Shown here one piece after another: positions 16,267 to 18,129 of a DNA stretch of 18,129 nt. Location of the stretch: positions 1 through 18,129 of the forward strand of contig JANPJS010000243.1 in NCBI GenBank assembly GCA_031425655.1. Direction: 5' to 3'. The notes below the pieces were generated by a model. That model was given only the letters and a program-made list of their open reading frames with translations. It ran no database searches and had not been told where the DNA came from. Position 1 is the stretch's first letter. Every line of letters starts with the position of its first letter. Made by a program: the position numbers and the translations under genes. The stretch is from Abditibacteriaceae bacterium (GTDB lineage Bacteria; Armatimonadota; Abditibacteriia; Abditibacteriales; Abditibacteriaceae).

Positions 16267-17726
16267 TGCGGTTTCTCCCAAACATAGATGCATTTGCGGA
16301 GGGCGTCTCTTCCATGTTCTCCCATTTGTTGGCTGCTGTTGCCCTTGCCCTGTTGCAAAACGGTGATGAGTGGCACCCGAAAACCCAACTTCTCAGCGAT
16401 GTCGGACAAGATCAAGTCAACTGATACGCTTGCGCCAGCATAGCGCACGTTATCATTGACCATAAACAGCGGCGCACCCGGTTTTAGAACGCGCAAACAC
16501 TCGAAAATCACGCAAGCCATTTCATAAAAGTAACCCTTTACCATACGAGGAATGCCAGCATTATTAATGAGTTTCCGTTCTTTCTGATTGTCGAGGTGTT
16601 CAAGAATCGCTTGCAAAAGTGCTTGGCCGTTAGCGGCTTCAATGGGCGCGTGCCAATCGGGATTTATTTCCAGCAGCGACTTGGAGCGATTCTCAACAGT
16701 GCAAGATAGCATTTCTTGCCGCAATTTAATCAGTGCATCGCCAGTAACGCCGAGCAAGGCCAATTCCAGTGCATAAGTGCGTGTATAATCGTAGCGATTA
16801 CAATAAGGGGGCGAAGTTAGAACCGCATCAAATGAATCGCTTGGCAGTCTCTGCAATTCCTGCAAGCACGACCCATGTAAAACTTTTAGTTGCCCCAGCG
16901 TGGCGTTAGGATGTTCCGTCTCAAACAGCCCGCTTTGCTCATCGGATATGCGCGTGTCACAAATAATGTCACTTAGTTTGGCGGTAATTGCTTGGCCAAA
17001 ATCTAAAACCGCACCCTTATCAAAAGGCTTAATACCTTGTCGCCGACCGGAGCGAGCATCCCAGCGCAAGTATTGTCCATCTTTCCGCGTGTAGCTGATG
17101 CTCTCCAGAATGCACAGTAACGCGAATTGCAGCACAGCTTGCACACGCGGGGATTCATCGGTAATCGCCGCAAGATAACGCTCTATGGCTTCCAGTGTTG
17201 CAGGTGGATAAGCACCGTCAGTAATCTTGAGAACTCCCAGAGTGGAGCGTGTAGGCGAATTTCGCCACGGTTGCACCGAGCGCCACCGTTCTATTACGGC
17301 AAAATCGTCGGGGGTAGACTCGCGTCTCAACAATTGCCGTGCGTGCATAATTTTTACGCCGATGGGCAATATCTCGATTCCCGTCGCGTCGATACCTAAC
17401 GCATTGGCCGCAAATAAGGCCGTTCCGCTTCCGGCAAACGGGTCGAGAAGGTGGCCGCTGAGAACACCGCCACCTTGCAGTAATTCCTCAACCAGCGCCG
17501 CAGAAAAAGCCTCCTTGTATTTAAACCAACGATAAGAAGACCGAGTTTTGTTGGCTTGGAACGAAACGAGTTGCCGATTCACAAAAGGCGCTACACTGAA
17601 CCGTGTCTCAAATTGTTGTTGCAATTCCGCATCATTCGCTTTGATTCTGTCAAGAAAGCAGCGAGAAATACTATCCAACGGCTTGAAAGCGATACCAGTG
17701 GAAGGCGGAGAGAGGACTTGAATCAT
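16263..17726 (-). CDS. Cognate DNA methyltransferase (probable N4-cytosine, alpha-type motif order)
   Basis: 487 aa with YRWFKYKEAFS, motif I DPFAGSGT preceding motif IV TSPPY, and C-terminal KGNSSQQMG. Coupled to the BsoBI-like REase. Confidence 0.92.
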   Translation of the reverse strand: MIQVLSPPSTGIAFKPLDSISRCFLDRIKANDAELQQQFETRFSVAPFVNRQLVSFQANKTRSSYRWFKYKEAFSAALVEELLQGGGVLSGHLLDPFAGSGTALFAANALGIDATGIEILPIGVKIMHARQLLRRESTPDDFAVIERWRSVQPWRNSPTRSTLGVLKITDGAYPPATLEAIERYLAAITDESPRVQAVLQFALLCILESISYTRKDGQYLRWDARSGRRQGIKPFDKGAVLDFGQAITAKLSDIICDTRISDEQSGLFETEHPNATLGQLKVLHGSCLQELQRLPSDSFDAVLTSPPYCNRYDYTRTYALELALLGVTGDALIKLRQEMLSCTVENRSKSLLEINPDWHAPIEAANGQALLQAILEHLDNQKERKLINNAGIPRMVKGYFYEMACVIFECLRVLKPGAPLFMVNDNVRYAGASVSVDLILSDIAEKLGFRVPLITVLQQGKGNSSQQMGEHGRDALRKCIYVWEKPQ

Positions 17727-17829
17727 ATTGGGGCATCAATTATTTTCTGTGTGCTTCAAATCATGCGCTGCTACACTGTTCACAAGCAGAGTATAATCGA
17801 ATGCAGTCCTTCCAACGTCCCCAACACCG

Positions 17830-17913
17830 GCCTAACAAGGCGCTGCACCCGACCGCCTACAGCTTCGCTCCCTCGTTCCGGCTTCCGGCGGCGGGTGAGC
17901 TTGGTCGTTCGGC
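17830..17913 (+). repeat. attC site
   Basis: GCCTAAC-AAGGCGCTGCACCCGACCGCC...GGCGGCGGGTGAGCTTGGTC-GTTCGGC. CACCGGCCTAAC is perfectly complementary to GTTAGGCCGGTG at 15235. Confidence 0.93.
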
Positions 17914-18016
17914 GGCTGCGCGCGGCTTGGCTGAATGTGTCATACTCAAAGACAAGTCAAGGAGGCTGCCATGAACACTAAAGAACTTACTACCTACCGG
18001 ACAGTTTAGGTAAGGC

Positions 18017-18129
18017 ATGAAGTGGGACAAGGGCTTTTGGGAGATTTTGTTGGGCCACAAGCCGTTCGAGCCAGTTCCAGCCGATGCGAAACAGGCTCAG
18101 GTCGCGCCGGTCGTTGCGGTCAACGAGAC
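18017..18129 (+). CDS. Possible start of the fourth cassette's gene (truncated by window)
   Basis: Open frame MKWDKGFWEILLGHKPFE... runs to the window end. The alternative start at 17971 has the better RBS but stops after 12 codons. Confidence 0.3.
   Translation, partial: MKWDKGFWEILLGHKPFEPVPADAKQAQVAPVVAVNE

Larger units (their letters stand above)
14212..18129 (+). mobile_element. Integron cassette array 2 (at least 4 cassettes: 14212-14679, 14680-15235, 15236-17907, 17908->end), no integrase in window
   Basis: Three near-identical attC sites separate visibly more AT-rich genes. The start of each complete cassette is complementary to its own R'' region. Confidence 0.9.

Noticed and set aside
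14594..17913. Repeats as a CRISPR array or tRNA/ncRNA copies
   Set aside because: They are 84-92-nt imperfect palindromes with AAC/GTT core ends, separated by whole genes. That is attC architecture, and no cas genes are present.

Overview
GC-rich bacterial accessory region with gene content typical of Planctomycetes/Verrucomicrobia-type organisms (taxonomy cannot be fixed from this window). The left part is a DUF1592-type cytochrome c gene followed by a DUF1552 gene that runs off the window. The middle holds three intact Cys-type sulfatases, a clan GH-A-like secreted protein and an M3B oligoendopeptidase F, all on the minus strand. Around them lies a mosaic of gene fragments: four duplicated sulfatase ends, a DUF1801 3' end, an argH 3' end and a membrane-protein 5' end. 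The main feature is an integron-type system with no integrase in the window. Two related 38-bp attI-like sites (6150-6187, 14180-14217) each carry a covarying palindrome just before a GTTAGGC core. The first is followed by one cassette (HExxH peptidase-like gene, divergent attC). The second is followed by at least four cassettes delimited by three near-identical attC sites: a membrane protein, a stand-alone SRA-like protein, an inverted AvaI/BsoBI-family restriction-modification pair, and a cassette cut by the window edge. Those cassettes share conserved flanks outside the attC, and three carry extended -10 promoter motifs. Family calls come from recalled motifs, not database searches.
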